Made by a program: the position numbers and the translations under genes. The notes under the pieces were generated by a model. The model was not told the origin of the DNA. It saw only the letters and a program-made list of their open reading frames with translations, and ran no database searches. DNA of 64,000 nucleotides from Longimicrobiales bacterium (GTDB lineage Bacteria > Gemmatimonadota > Gemmatimonadetes > Longimicrobiales > Gaopeijiaceae), in the NCBI GenBank assembly GCA_965238005.1, contig OZ250165.1:736001-800000 (forward strand), in the 5' to 3' direction. Positions 1-10,159 of the stretch are shown one piece after another; the stretch's first letter is position 1; every line of letters begins with the position of its first letter.

Positions 1-384
1 GGTACGCCCCCGGACCCGTGGTCCTGCCCCAATCAAGATGGCTGAGGCGCTTTACAAAATCCGGAAGCACCAGTTCGACACATGGGATGAAGCCCAAGAA
101 GGAGCCGGACGACCCCGATTTCGATCAGTGGTTGCTCGACTACATCGAGAAGGAAAGCGAGTGAGTTCGGGGGCTGTTCGTCTTTCCGGGGCGGCTGGGC
201 GCATCGTATGATGCCTTCACGCCAAACGCCAGGTCCGTCGTCTTTGACGTCGGGTCACCCGCTGAATACAACACCCTCGCCTTGGGAAATAGGCGGGACC
301 CTACATAGACGGACCGGGTGTTTGGCGACTGTCTCGGCGATCAAGGAAAGCCGGGGCGAACCCCACCACGAAGGGACTCGCCCG

Positions 385-1386
385 ATGCGCCGCCACCTAT
401 CCGTTGTACTCGTTGCTCTGCTGATCGTCGCTTGCGTAGGCGAGACCGGACCCACCGGTCCCCAAGGTTCCCGAGGAACCGCTGGGCTGGACGGTCGGGA
501 CGGGCAAGACGGCCGGCCGGGACCCGCAGGCCCTGCTGGCGAGCCGCTCAACTGGGCAGACGTGCTGGAAGAGCACCGCGTCAACGAGGCTACGTATGTC
601 CTTCTGTACTCGTACACACACCGTGACGGGAAAAGATATTACTACATGTTCTGCACCGGCTTCGCCGCCTACTACACAAGCGTGGTCTGGACGAACGCGC
701 ACTGCGTTGACGCCGCCCTCGAGCGCGCCCGGGAACTGCGGGGCGCCGACCCGCACTTCTTCATCGTTCGGGCCGAAACCCCCATCGGCGGCGACCAAAC
801 CTACGCCATCGATCTGGACCAGTATTGGAAGCATCCCGACTACGACAACACGGCCCGCTCCGAGGACGTTGGACTGCTGGACATCGATGGGGTTTTGCCC
901 ACCCTTCTGGACCTTCTGCCCAGGCGGTTCACCGACAATCTCAGCGTCGGCCAGCCCATAGGTACGTTGGGATTCCCAGGAGAACTGAATGCCACAGGAG
1001 GGGCGGGCAGGATGACGACCCCCACCTTCAAGAACGGCGTCGTCAGCGCCCTCAGGCTGATTGACTCGGGGGAGGGCCCGCATGTGGAGATCCAGTACAA
1101 CTTCGATACCTCGGGGGGCACAAGCGGGAGCCCGGTGTTCGACCACGACGGCTGGCTCGTCGCCGTTAACCATGCAACCATTGCCAACGGCAAGGCCCTG
1201 AACTTCGGCATCCACATCGATGCGGTATGGGATTACATCGACATCCTGGAAGCCGGGAGGACCGCCACCGCCCAGATGATACTCGACGCCCCTGTACTAC
1301 GAACCTACCCGCACGACACCTACCCGCACGACACCTACCGGCCGTTCCCAGAGAACTGGAACGGTGAGACGATCACCCCAGACTGA
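385..1386 (+). CDS. Lipoprotein with collagen-like repeat and trypsin-like serine protease domain
   Basis: Start moved to ATG 385 (MRRHLSVVLVALLIVAC, lipobox-like). Gly-X-Y run GPTGPQGSRG...GPAGPAG. Catalytic triad motifs TNAHC, EDVGLL, GTSGSPV. Confidence 0.85.
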   Translation: MRRHLSVVLVALLIVACVGETGPTGPQGSRGTAGLDGRDGQDGRPGPAGPAGEPLNWADVLEEHRVNEATYVLLYSYTHRDGKRYYYMFCTGFAAYYTSVVWTNAHCVDAALERARELRGADPHFFIVRAETPIGGDQTYAIDLDQYWKHPDYDNTARSEDVGLLDIDGVLPTLLDLLPRRFTDNLSVGQPIGTLGFPGELNATGGAGRMTTPTFKNGVVSALRLIDSGEGPHVEIQYNFDTSGGTSGSPVFDHDGWLVAVNHATIANGKALNFGIHIDAVWDYIDILEAGRTATAQMILDAPVLRTYPHDTYPHDTYRPFPENWNGETITPD

Positions 1387-1500
1387 GGCTCTAACCTTTA
1401 CACATGATTATACAGCCCGGAACAGCCTACATATCGAGCTACATATTGTTGAGCAGATAATGCATAGCTATACGGATTCTGCGAGAGGTATATATAATCA

Positions 1501-1543
1501 CAATGTTAGGATCGACCTGGTCTCGTTTCAGAGGGTCAGGTCA
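1501..1543. mobile_element. Solo IS3-family terminal fragment with inverted internal loop
   Basis: ACCTGGTCTCGTTTCAGAGGGTCAGGTCA matches the IS ends at 36570 and 38534 (1 mismatch). Confidence 0.75.
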
Positions 1544-1614
1544 GCTTGTGCTGGAACAGCTCCTTGAATTTTTCAAGGAACTCGTCCGTCGTGTACGGCT
1601 CCGGCTGTTCCGTG

Positions 1615-1854
1615 TCACTCATTGGTCACCTCGTCAGGAATGATTTCCGCCCAGGTGCGGTCACGGAGTAGATAGACCATCTCAACCAGGAAAGTAGCGT
1701 CGGGCTCTCTGTCACGGCCTTTAGCATAGCTCTTCACGAACTTCTCCACTAACCCTTTCTTACTCATAAATCCGTCTTCATAAGTCACTGTCCCGTCAGC
1801 ATGGAGTATGGCATAGCCCATCACTTCCCACATATGACTGAACTGTATTCTCAT
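1615..1854 (-). CDS. Small hypothetical protein
   Basis: 79-aa ORF of plausible composition in an AT-richer segment; no motif recognised. Confidence 0.4.
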   Translation of the reverse strand: MRIQFSHMWEVMGYAILHADGTVTYEDGFMSKKGLVEKFVKSYAKGRDREPDATFLVEMVYLLRDRTWAEIIPDEVTNE

Positions 1855-2353
1855 ATCAGTAACGTGTATGAGTTAGGCCAACGCGTACAACACGCGGCTA
1901 CGCCAGTCATTCCGACGCTACACACCCCCCGGCCGCCGCTCCGGAGACAGGCCGCCCCGTCATCGGCCAGCCCCCGGCGGCGGCGCTACGGGCGGGCGTC
2001 CACGGTGGATCATCACGTGGCCCGCCGGCTGGCTCTGTGCAGGCGCAGGCTGTCGGTCGCCGTGCCGCCCTCGGCCACCGTCAGGCTCCTCGGCGCCACG
2101 GTTACGCTGGCTGGGGGCGTGCCGTCATCGCCAGTGATGGTTGATCGTCGCCAGTGGAAATGGTCCGGGCGCTGACCCCGGCTGGCAGCCTGTTCGTACT
2201 AGGGTGACAGGGAAGTCTCGTCCAATGCCTCACCTACAGCTCCCTGGGGCTTCCCAAGGCTGTTGACGTCCACCGCGATACGGTTCGGACGTGAACATGC
2301 TGAGCTGTGCGCCTGGAGCGCAGCCCGTTGTCCGCGTCGGCTCTATCTGGAGG

Positions 2354-2845
2354 CTAGCCAGTCTCTTGCTTATTCCAGTACTCCGCTGCGAATTGCAGCG
2401 TTCGAAGGAGCGGGAGCCCCTGTGGAATTGCCGCGCGGCCGACCTTTCGGTGCTGGATACCCGCCCGGATGTCCTCCATGAAATCTCGAATAAAGACCAC
2501 CCGACCCCCAGCAATACGTTCTCGCGACTTGCCGCCGCCGTAAACGAACAGCGCGATCTGATCGATGTGCTTGGGAATCGCCATCCCTGGAAACAACCCA
2601 GGAATGTACTTGCGGCCCGCCTCAAATTTCTTCAAGTACCGAGCCTCCCGCTTTTTCCAGCTGTCCGAGTCAAGGGATGGTTCGATCTGGACTAACGAGC
2701 GTTGCTCGGGCTGGAACCCGACAACGTCAAGCTCGCACTCGTGGCCTCCATTGGGTCGCTTGCCAACCTTCACGTTCCGACGGATGAAGTACCCGCGGAG
2801 TTCGTACCATTCGGCGACCAACGATTCAAGGTGATTCCCCGTCAC
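2354..2845 (-). CDS. Putative PD-(D/E)xK restriction-endonuclease-fold protein
   Basis: LESLVAEWYELRGY...ELDVVG...VQIEPS resembles a REase-fold core; AAGGA RBS upstream. Confidence 0.65.
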   Translation of the reverse strand: MTGNHLESLVAEWYELRGYFIRRNVKVGKRPNGGHECELDVVGFQPEQRSLVQIEPSLDSDSWKKREARYLKKFEAGRKYIPGLFPGMAIPKHIDQIALFVYGGGKSRERIAGGRVVFIRDFMEDIRAGIQHRKVGRAAIPQGLPLLRTLQFAAEYWNKQETG

Positions 2846-3054
2846 GTGTATGTCCTTGTCTTACTACCTCTAGTAGCCTTCGAACGGACCGCTCACCCGG
2901 GATTACCTTTTGGCCGTCCCGGTCGGCACCGTTATACCTCAAGCGACCCTCCGCGTGGGCCGGATGTGTTCGTGGCCCCTGCTTCAAGCTCCCGACACCG
3001 TCTGCGGGGTTCACAGCGCGGTCGAACTGACCGGGCTGGCTCCGGCGCGGCGGC

Positions 3055-3255
3055 AGGGGTTTCGAAGGGGAAGCGCAACGCCCCCTCGCCAGCCCAATGT
3101 ACGGACATTGTCCGTTGTTCAGCCAGCCGCGCCGGAGTGCGGACCTCCGGGGGGTCGAAGGGGGCACAGCCCCCCGCCAAGCCCCTGCCGGGGACCCGCG
3201 AAGCGTGGCCCCAAGGGGTAGGCTGGCTCATGACAGGTAACGGGTGATGAGCCAG
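3055..3255. other. oriT-like region of element A (two scaffolds, CTGG/CTCA nic-like site, downstream hairpin)
   Basis: GCCCCTGCCGGGGACCCGCGAAGCGTGGCCCCAA.GGGTA.GCTGGCTC is shared with the site upstream of mobC at 54095-54172 and resembles the ColE1 nic CTGG^CTTA. Confidence 0.6.
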
Positions 3256-3259
3256 CGCC

Positions 3260-4444
3260 TCAGCGGATCGGTTCGGCCTCCGGGTCTCGACGCTTGCCAG
3301 CGAGATACGCGGCCCAAGCCTGCATGACCTCGCGCCTCCGGTCCAGCAGGTCCGAGCGGGCGTAGGCGGCCTCGGCCTGACTGCGGACCTTGTGTGCAAG
3401 CGCCGCCTCCGCCACCTCGCGCGCCACGCCCGTCTCCGAGCACCAGTCGCGGAACGAGGACCTCATCCCGTGGGACGTTCCTGCGATGCCGAGACGCCGG
3501 AGCAACTTGCTGAACATCGAGGCGTGGATCCCTCCTCCCTTCGCGCCCCGGAACACGATCCCGCCGCCGCCGTGGAGCTTCCGGGCTTCCTCGAGGATCT
3601 CCAAGGCCCGCCCCGACAGGGGAACCCGGTGCTCGCGCTTCGCCTTCATGCGGTCGGCGGGAATGGTCCAGACATCGTGCTCGACCTCGTCGCACGCCGC
3701 GCCCCGGACCTCGTTCGAGCGTGTCGCGGTCAGGACCATGAACTCGAGCGCCAGCCGGACACCGGCATGGGACTCCGAGTCGCGGACCATGGCCAGAGCC
3801 TCCGCCACCTCGCCGTGCGGGAGCGCCTTGTGATGCCGGATGGCGTTGCCGTTGCGCGGCAGCGCGGCGGCGATGGCGTCCCCCGCCGGGTTGTCCGGCC
3901 GGTAGCCCTTCGCGACGGCCCACTTCATCACCGCGCCGATCCGCTGGTGCACGGCCCTCGCGGTCGCGGGCTTGCTCGACCAGATGGGCTTGAGGATGGC
4001 GAGCACGTCGGCCGTCGCGACCTCGCTCACGCGCTTCCGGCCGATGCGCGGATGGGCGTAGTCCCGCAGCGTCTGCAGCCACTGCCCGGCCATGCGGGAT
4101 GGGTTCTTCCAGGTCGGCGAGTGGATCGCGATCACCTTCTCGACGGCCGCCTCGAAGGTGGGAACCCCCGCGTCTCTCGGGTCGTGGCCCCAATGGACCG
4201 CCCGCCTGTTCTCCAGCGCCTTCTCTCTCGCCTCCCTGAGCGTCACGACCGGGTACGAGCCCAGTCCGAGATTGGTCGGCTTCCCTCCCACTCGAATGCG
4301 CTGGCCCCAGGACTTGGAGACGCGCCCGGACTTCATCCGGTGGACGCGGAGGTACAGGCCGAGCCCGCCGAGCCCGCCGTCGCCGTAGCGTCCGGGCGTC
4401 TTCACTCGCGCCACGAAGGCGGCCGTAAGGGGTCGTTTGCGCAT
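3260..4444 (-). CDS. int: P4-type tyrosine integrase (Int A)
   Basis: Arm-binding N-terminus (PGRYGDG...GLYLRV...LGLGSYPVVTL). Catalytic motifs ATRSNE, HRVPL, HGMRSSF, LAH, AAY. Confidence 0.95.
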   Translation of the reverse strand: MRKRPLTAAFVARVKTPGRYGDGGLGGLGLYLRVHRMKSGRVSKSWGQRIRVGGKPTNLGLGSYPVVTLREAREKALENRRAVHWGHDPRDAGVPTFEAAVEKVIAIHSPTWKNPSRMAGQWLQTLRDYAHPRIGRKRVSEVATADVLAILKPIWSSKPATARAVHQRIGAVMKWAVAKGYRPDNPAGDAIAAALPRNGNAIRHHKALPHGEVAEALAMVRDSESHAGVRLALEFMVLTATRSNEVRGAACDEVEHDVWTIPADRMKAKREHRVPLSGRALEILEEARKLHGGGGIVFRGAKGGGIHASMFSKLLRRLGIAGTSHGMRSSFRDWCSETGVAREVAEAALAHKVRSQAEAAYARSDLLDRRREVMQAWAAYLAGKRRDPEAEPIR

Positions 4445-4623
4445 GTGGTTAATCCTACCTGTGTATCATATATCGACGGATACACCATGGTACAATACGG
4501 TACGTACCGGCACAAGAGGGAGCCTGTAAACACGGCTAGGATATGCCATATCACATTGTAATAACACGCTTTACGGAATACTATGGGACCGCAGGGGACG
4601 ATGTTCGCGATCATACTGCCGTA

Positions 4624-4636
4624 CTTGTGGCAAAAG
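4624..4636. other. Putative att core of element A (CTT-GTGGCAA-AAG)
   Basis: Homology with the element B right end stops here. Same CTT-N7-AAG layout as the element B core. The coupling-protein ORF loses homology-like character at this point. Confidence 0.7.
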
Positions 4637-5163
4637 TCGCCCTTGACCTCGAGCACCAGGGCACTGGCCCGGCGCCCGGCGCGGTCGGCTTGCCACGAGA
4701 GGAGCTGCTGGGCGAACGGGTACATGCAGGCGGTGGTCTTGCCGGTGCCGACGGCGCCGACGACGAGGACGCCGGTGTAGAGCCCTGTCTCGGGAATGAC
4801 GAGCCAGGAGGGCCGCTCGCTCTCTCGCGGGACGACGGGATGGTGCAGCTCGCCGATCACGAGCGAGGGTGCGTCGTCCTCGGGCGAGGCGGGCCAGGCG
4901 GGGAGCCCGCCCCGGCCGCCGCCCCTTGCGGGCGGCTGAAGCCACACCCTCCAGACCGAGAGGCACACGCTCCCGGCGAGGACGACGACGATGGCCGGGG
5001 CCGCGTAGTACCAGACGCGGATCACGGTGTGAAGGCCCGGATCGTGGTAGGCGATGAGGTCCAGCACGGGGTTGCCGCCCATGCCGGGGAACGGCGCCCG
5101 GAAAGCGTGGCCGGCGGCCGCTCCCAGAGCGGTGCCGATGATGGCGAGCGTAGCCGGCCTCAT
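4624..5163 (-). pseudogene. virD4: 5' part of type IV coupling protein (VirD4/TraD-like), interrupted by element A
   Basis: Two N-terminal hydrophobic segments, Walker A GAVGTGKTT, and LVLEVKGDFC, after which the frame runs into the integrase upstream region. Confidence 0.8.
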
Positions 5164-5197
5164 CGGTCCAACACCCTTCCTGGAAGGATCGATGGCT

Positions 5198-5287
5198 CGG
5201 GAGCGACCCCAGGAGGGCGGGGGCAGGTGCGCAAACACACCTGGTCCCGAACCCGTACCAGGCCCTCGGACTGGGGGGTCGCTCCCG
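5198..5287. repeat. Cis cassette bounded by inverted repeat CGGGAGCGACCCC/GGGGTCGCTCCCG (type 1)
   Basis: 13-bp perfect IR; homologous to 43088-43183 in the opposite orientation. Confidence 0.8.
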
Positions 5288-5461
5288 TCCCGGTCAGTGC
5301 TGCCCGTGCGGCGCTGACCGACCCGGCCGCGTAGGCGTAAGACGTTGCCGTGTCGTGGCCTACACCGCAGCAGCGGCGCGCATCGCCGGAGGGCCAAAGT
5401 GCGCATCGGCCCCCCGCGTCGTTTGCGCACTCCAGTGCGGCCATGAGACGCGCGCCGGTCG

Positions 5462-5915
5462 TCACCGGTAGCGCGCTCCCGCGAGGCGCACCGTTTGCCA
5501 GGCGACGCCGCGGTGAATCGCCCCGCGGCCTGCCTGCCGGCGGGCCTGCTTCTCCAGCGCCACGCTGCGTTTCAGGGCGGCTTGCAGGCCTCCGAACTCC
5601 TCGAGGATCTGGATCGCGCCCTGAAGGATCGCCCGCTCGATCCGGGCAAGTTCCTCACGGATCCCGGCGTCGGACTCGCCGGGGCCGGACGCCTCAGCCC
5701 AGCCGCTCATCACGGCCAGGGCCCGGTCCATCTCCCGCGAAGTGCGGGCGACGGCGACGACCTCGACGGACCGGCCTTGGTTTTCGAGCGCGTGCCAGAG
5801 CCCGCGGTGCGCCGCTCCCCAGGAACGGAGCGCGGTCGAGGTGTCGTGTCCGGGATCGACGTAGACGAACACTGCACGGCCCGAGTCCAGTGCGACCGGC
5901 AGCTTGAGCGGGAAG
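5462..5915 (-). pseudogene. 3' half of split T4SS-associated uncharacterised gene
   Basis: FPLKLPVALDSGRAVFVYVDPGHDTSTALRSWG...LAGARYR aligns with the C-terminal half of 41942-42916. Confidence 0.9.
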
Positions 5916-6589
5916 CAGGGATCAATCTTCGCAAGTCCCGATGGGACAACGACTTGGCAGTACCTTGCGAGAGACGTGTATCACTGGGTGTGTGCGAAGA
6001 TCGTAAATCGTGTTACCCGTTGGGTTTAGGACAGAAACCCACGGACCACGGACCCACGGATGGGCGGCCTCGAGCGCAACAAACACGAGTCCAAGAAGCA
6101 GAGGGCCGGGAGAGGCCCCGTGGGGAAGACGGCGGTCGGCCCGAGGGCCTGGTACGGGCGCGGGGCCGTGCGCGTCTCCCTAAAGGCAGCCTAACTTATT
6201 GATATAGATGCATATTAGGATCTTCGCCATTTGATGATGCCCCCATAGCCCTGATGCGGTCCGTCGGGGCGAGCCGTGCCGTTGCCTCGCCGTGCCGGCC
6301 AATTGTCGTGTCAAGAGAACCGGAGGCCGGACCGGTGCGCAACGTGAGCCAGGCCGGAGTCACGGCCACGCCAGATCAGATCGAGATCCCGACCGACCGG
6401 TAGTCGCGCCCTATCTCCAGAGTGACGCCGCCCCCAGGGTCCCGGCCAACCGGCTCCCGAGGGCCAGCGCGTAGGCGAGTTTGGCATCGAGGCGGGTCCA
6501 CTCGCCAGCCTCGGACTCACGGACTCCAGGAAACCTGATTCTACTGCCAGTCACGCTGGAGGCCGAGCGAGCCGTCTTCGTCAACGTCG

Positions 6590-6960
6590 ACCCGGAGCAT
6601 CCGGCACAGTTGCTTCTCCTCGAGCTGCTTGCCAATCCATTGGAAAACACGAACGGACCGGTTTCCTCCACGGCACGTGTGCCGTGTCGAGAACCTCCAT
6701 GGTGCGGCCGCACAGTGGGACCCGGTGCTCGCGGTTCGCCTTCGTCTGCGAAGCCGGTCCACACGGTCCACACACCCTCGTTCCGATCGATCTCGTTCCA
6801 CTCCGCTCCAGGAATCTCGTCGCCGTCGGCACCAGGAACTCGAGTCCGCAATGGACCAACGTGCCCAAGGAGCAGGAGGGAGCGGAGAAAGCCGCCGGTC
6901 CGATGGCGGAGACGACCGCTCCTCGGTAGACCCGCGAGGGCAGGTACCGGCGCTCGATGC
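6590..6960 (-). pseudogene. Frameshifted P4-type integrase relic
   Basis: Pieces LEFLVPTA, AEWNEIDRNEGVWTV, KANREHRVPLCGR and GKQLEEKQLCRM lie in different frames and match the integrase at 36697-37926. Confidence 0.8.
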
Positions 6961-7041
6961 CGGGAGCCTCGAATGCGGCAACCTCCTCCGGTTCGGTCGG
7001 GAGCCACGGCAGCCGTTAGCACCTACAAACTATTGGATCTC

Positions 7042-8901
7042 TCAGCTCACCGTGGAGATGCGCGTGCTTTCTGAAGTTGTCGAGTTGTAAGTGGCCGAGA
7101 GGCCCGCAACATGTACGACTGGTTTTCCCATTGCCTTCTCGATTAGGCAACTCAGTCGCCGTCGTCTGTCTTCGAGAAAGTCGTTGAACGCATCCGCCCG
7201 GAGGAGTTCCGGCGAGAGGGCGTGGCTCGCAAGCAGATCATTCATCGCAACGTCGTCCAGTGCCACCTGCTTCTCTGCTTGGATTCTCGGCAGGTATCGG
7301 GAGGGGGCGTCGCCACCAATCTTACGATTGGCCTTGTAGGAAATCTGCGTCTTGTTGAGGATGCTATCGTATTGACCTTGGTCAATGTCCTGCTGATCCG
7401 CGCACCATTTCTTGGGGAAGATGTGGTGGATATCCAATGCGATTTCGTTCGCATCTAGCTCCTTGATAGTGGCCTTCCAGAACCAATCTTTGGAGCCTTC
7501 CCGCAGAACTAGCACATTAATGCCTTTGTAAGCTGCGCTCAGGCGTGTGCGCAGGGTGTCGAAACGCTCCGGTTGGAAATTGGCGTCGCGCACCGTGCGC
7601 GGAAGTGCGTCCTCATCGTCGAACCAGGCGAGCAGTTCATCGTAGTCGTTAGCCATGCGGGTCTCCACTGCACCGCCATAGAGTTCTCCCAGCACTCCAG
7701 ACCAGAACCAGCGCGCTAGCTTGTCGTAGATCCGCGGCTCAAGCCAGCGGTCGCCCAAGCGCGTGAGCACCGCTGCCAACGGAATGACTTGGGTGCTGTA
7801 GGGCAGCTCACGCCGGTGGTAGAAGCACTCTTTTTGCAAGAACCGGGCGGCATTTAAAAACCCCGCCTCCAGCATGTCGGCCCATCGTTTCCAAGCGTCC
7901 AGTGGTAGCCTAAGGACGTCGGCACGCTTGCCGCTGACCGGACGCACCTGCTTCCCGGTCTTACCGGCCCGTAAGTCTGCCTTTCTCAACTCGTGCGTAT
8001 GCAGCAGACTGATTCCTTGGAGGAACTCCGTGGCCTGAATGCCACTGAGGAGAACGTGGCCCTCCAGTCGTTTCTTCCGTGACTCAGCCTTGCGCGCCCT
8101 GGAGCCGAACCAGTCGTCCCTCAGGTTATAGCCCTCCGCTGCGTAGCTAGCGGTGACCAGTTCGAATACGGTAAGCGGCTCCCCACCGGTATTGACCTTC
8201 TCGAAGACCAAGCAGACCGCTTCCTTGGTGGTCTCTTTCTCCAACTGGATTACCGGGATTTGATAGTTGCGGAAAGGCTTAAGAACTTGGTTCCGAAACG
8301 CCATGTAGATGCCAAGCTTATCCGGCACCACCTCGTACAACGTCGTCTCCCAATCGTCGGAGTCCATTATCTGACTGCAGGGGAAATAGAACTCCCGGCA
8401 TTCCAGCTCGGTCGTGGCCAGATCTAGCTTCACATCGCGGCCGAAGTTGGTGCGCAGTTGCCTATTCTCATCGACAGCTATCACCGCCTCGTCGAGCGCG
8501 TGAGGGGTATCCACAGCTTTCCTGATATCGAAGTAGTAGTGGCGCTTTATCCTTGTGCCCTTGGCAGTCCTAGTGCGTACCGGCTCGTCAAGTGAGATGG
8601 CTTGGGTCAGGGTCGTGAGACGCTGCTGTCCATCAAGGATCAGTCTTTCCGGCGCCCGGTCCTTAGGTATCCTGTCCTCCAATCCTTCCACCGGACGGGT
8701 CTGGAAGCGAATCTCGCCACCGGCTTTGAGCAGCATTACCGCGCCTATCGGGAACGATCGACCAATGCTGACGAGCAGATCGCGAATGTGGTCGTCGTCC
8801 CAGACCCAGCCACGCTGGAAGTCTGGCAACTGGATCTTTCCTTCCTTGATTTCTCCCAGAAGTTGGTTTAGCGAAGCTTTGGTGCTGTCGAAGGTCGTCA
8901 T
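7042..8901 (-). CDS. DUF262 + C-terminal HNH (GmrSD-like modification-dependent restriction protein)
   Basis: QLPDFQRGWVW, LDGQQRLT, FEKVNTGG, DIHHIFPK...NKT...ANRKIG. Confidence 0.88.
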   Translation of the reverse strand: MTTFDSTKASLNQLLGEIKEGKIQLPDFQRGWVWDDDHIRDLLVSIGRSFPIGAVMLLKAGGEIRFQTRPVEGLEDRIPKDRAPERLILDGQQRLTTLTQAISLDEPVRTRTAKGTRIKRHYYFDIRKAVDTPHALDEAVIAVDENRQLRTNFGRDVKLDLATTELECREFYFPCSQIMDSDDWETTLYEVVPDKLGIYMAFRNQVLKPFRNYQIPVIQLEKETTKEAVCLVFEKVNTGGEPLTVFELVTASYAAEGYNLRDDWFGSRARKAESRKKRLEGHVLLSGIQATEFLQGISLLHTHELRKADLRAGKTGKQVRPVSGKRADVLRLPLDAWKRWADMLEAGFLNAARFLQKECFYHRRELPYSTQVIPLAAVLTRLGDRWLEPRIYDKLARWFWSGVLGELYGGAVETRMANDYDELLAWFDDEDALPRTVRDANFQPERFDTLRTRLSAAYKGINVLVLREGSKDWFWKATIKELDANEIALDIHHIFPKKWCADQQDIDQGQYDSILNKTQISYKANRKIGGDAPSRYLPRIQAEKQVALDDVAMNDLLASHALSPELLRADAFNDFLEDRRRRLSCLIEKAMGKPVVHVAGLSATYNSTTSESTRISTVS

Positions 8902-9217
8902 GCTGACATGTCCGTCTCGTCGAGTCTCTCGGTTGGCCAAGCGGAACGCGGTCGGTCGGGATTACCGATTCGGTCCGCGCGTGGATATGACTCCCGAATC
9001 TTGAACACTCCACCATTGTGAAGGTGACCTCCGGGAGCGGGTACTCGTGTGGTGAGCTTCCCAAGGCGCCGGTGGTCGACTCCGGACGGGATGCGATCCC
9101 CAACGAATCGTAACAGGGATCAGGACCGGAAGGGAGCCTTGGCGGTCCCACACCTGACGCCGCCCGCTGTAGCAACAATTGATACAGGTATTGCCGTAGG
9201 TAGTGGGTCAGTTTCAA

Positions 9218-10066
9218 TCAAACGAAATTCGGGGGCAGTAATTCCTCAATCTTCCAGACCCGATCCGTCAGACCGGCAGCCTTGGCCGGGGTCGTTTTGA
9301 TCCCACCCGCCTCCTTGGTCAGCGTCGTGTGTGCCTTGCAGAAATTATAGTACATGAAGTGAAGCGCCACGGCATACTGGTGGAACTCGACCGTCTTGCT
9401 GAAGGCATTCGTCAGGCGGGTGAACCGGCGGGAGTGCATCCGCAGCGTGAGGTTCGATCGCTCGACATGCGACGTGCAAGTGTCATTCAGGGCGGGGTTA
9501 CCCATAACGCGCTTCTTCTCGGACCCGAGGCATACGGGCGGGCTGTACCGGCGCTGATCTTCGGAGCTTTGGCCGTAGGCCTTCACCACCGTTCCGTAGT
9601 CTGCCCCACCCCACCCAAACGCTCGCTCTACGGCTCGCGGATAGACCCCGTGACCGTCAGTGGAGAGGTGGACTCGGCTCACTAGGCGGTCGGCCAGATC
9701 CTGCATGAACGGCAAGCCGGTCGCAGCTCCCCTGCATCCGACGCGGTAGGCGATCAAGAGCTTTGTGTCCCGGCAGAGCGCTGTCCACGTCCACACGTCT
9801 CCGCGACCCTGGCCCCTTTCTTCCTTTGGGATGTTGCGCTCTTTCGCCCCACAGAACGACCAGATTTCATCGCACTGTACGCGCTCGGACTCCACACCCC
9901 TTACGAGAGCGTCGTGCTGCTCCATGCAATACGCGCCCACGTTCTTGAGCAACCGAGAAACGGTATTCTTGGAAGTGCCGGTAAGGCGTGCGGTGGCCCG
10001 GATCGAATTGCCCTCGACCAGTGCTTTGAGGATCATGGCCCGCTTTTCGTCGCTCAGTTTGTTCAT
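9218..10066 (-). CDS. IS1-family DDE transposase (single ORF)
   Basis: N-terminal HTH (GNSIRATARLTG); QCDEIWSF, STDG, HVERSNLTLR...RLTNAFSK. Confidence 0.9.
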   Translation of the reverse strand: MNKLSDEKRAMILKALVEGNSIRATARLTGTSKNTVSRLLKNVGAYCMEQHDALVRGVESERVQCDEIWSFCGAKERNIPKEERGQGRGDVWTWTALCRDTKLLIAYRVGCRGAATGLPFMQDLADRLVSRVHLSTDGHGVYPRAVERAFGWGGADYGTVVKAYGQSSEDQRRYSPPVCLGSEKKRVMGNPALNDTCTSHVERSNLTLRMHSRRFTRLTNAFSKTVEFHQYAVALHFMYYNFCKAHTTLTKEAGGIKTTPAKAAGLTDRVWKIEELLPPNFV

Positions 10067-10159
10067 CGGTAGCCCCTTTTGCTACCCCAATATATGCTTG
10101 ACCGCTCAAGTAGTCAAGCAATATAGTGGCTCACTTCTAGGTTCTGAGGTTACTATAGA

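Noticed and set aside
1..164. Possible 3' end of a CDS (…FDQWLLDYIEKESE*)
   Set aside because: Too short and truncated by the window edge to assign.
1304..1339. 15-bp tandem duplication (YPHDT x2); similar 15-bp duplication at 51204-51233
   Set aside because: Simple slippage duplications without spacers; not CRISPR.
2000..2180. Adhesin-like peptide (TITGDDG...VTVAPRSLTVAEGGTAT) on the minus strand
   Set aside because: Short relic without start or intact frame; too weak to list.
3228..4561. Long alternative-frame and antisense ORFs over integrases, virB genes and IS transposases (e.g. 3392-4561, 22333-23877, 24513-25883, 36691-37941, 51362-52552, 52593-53762)
   Set aside because: Shadow ORFs typical of high-GC DNA; they overlap genes with clear motifs and have low-complexity R/G/P-rich composition.
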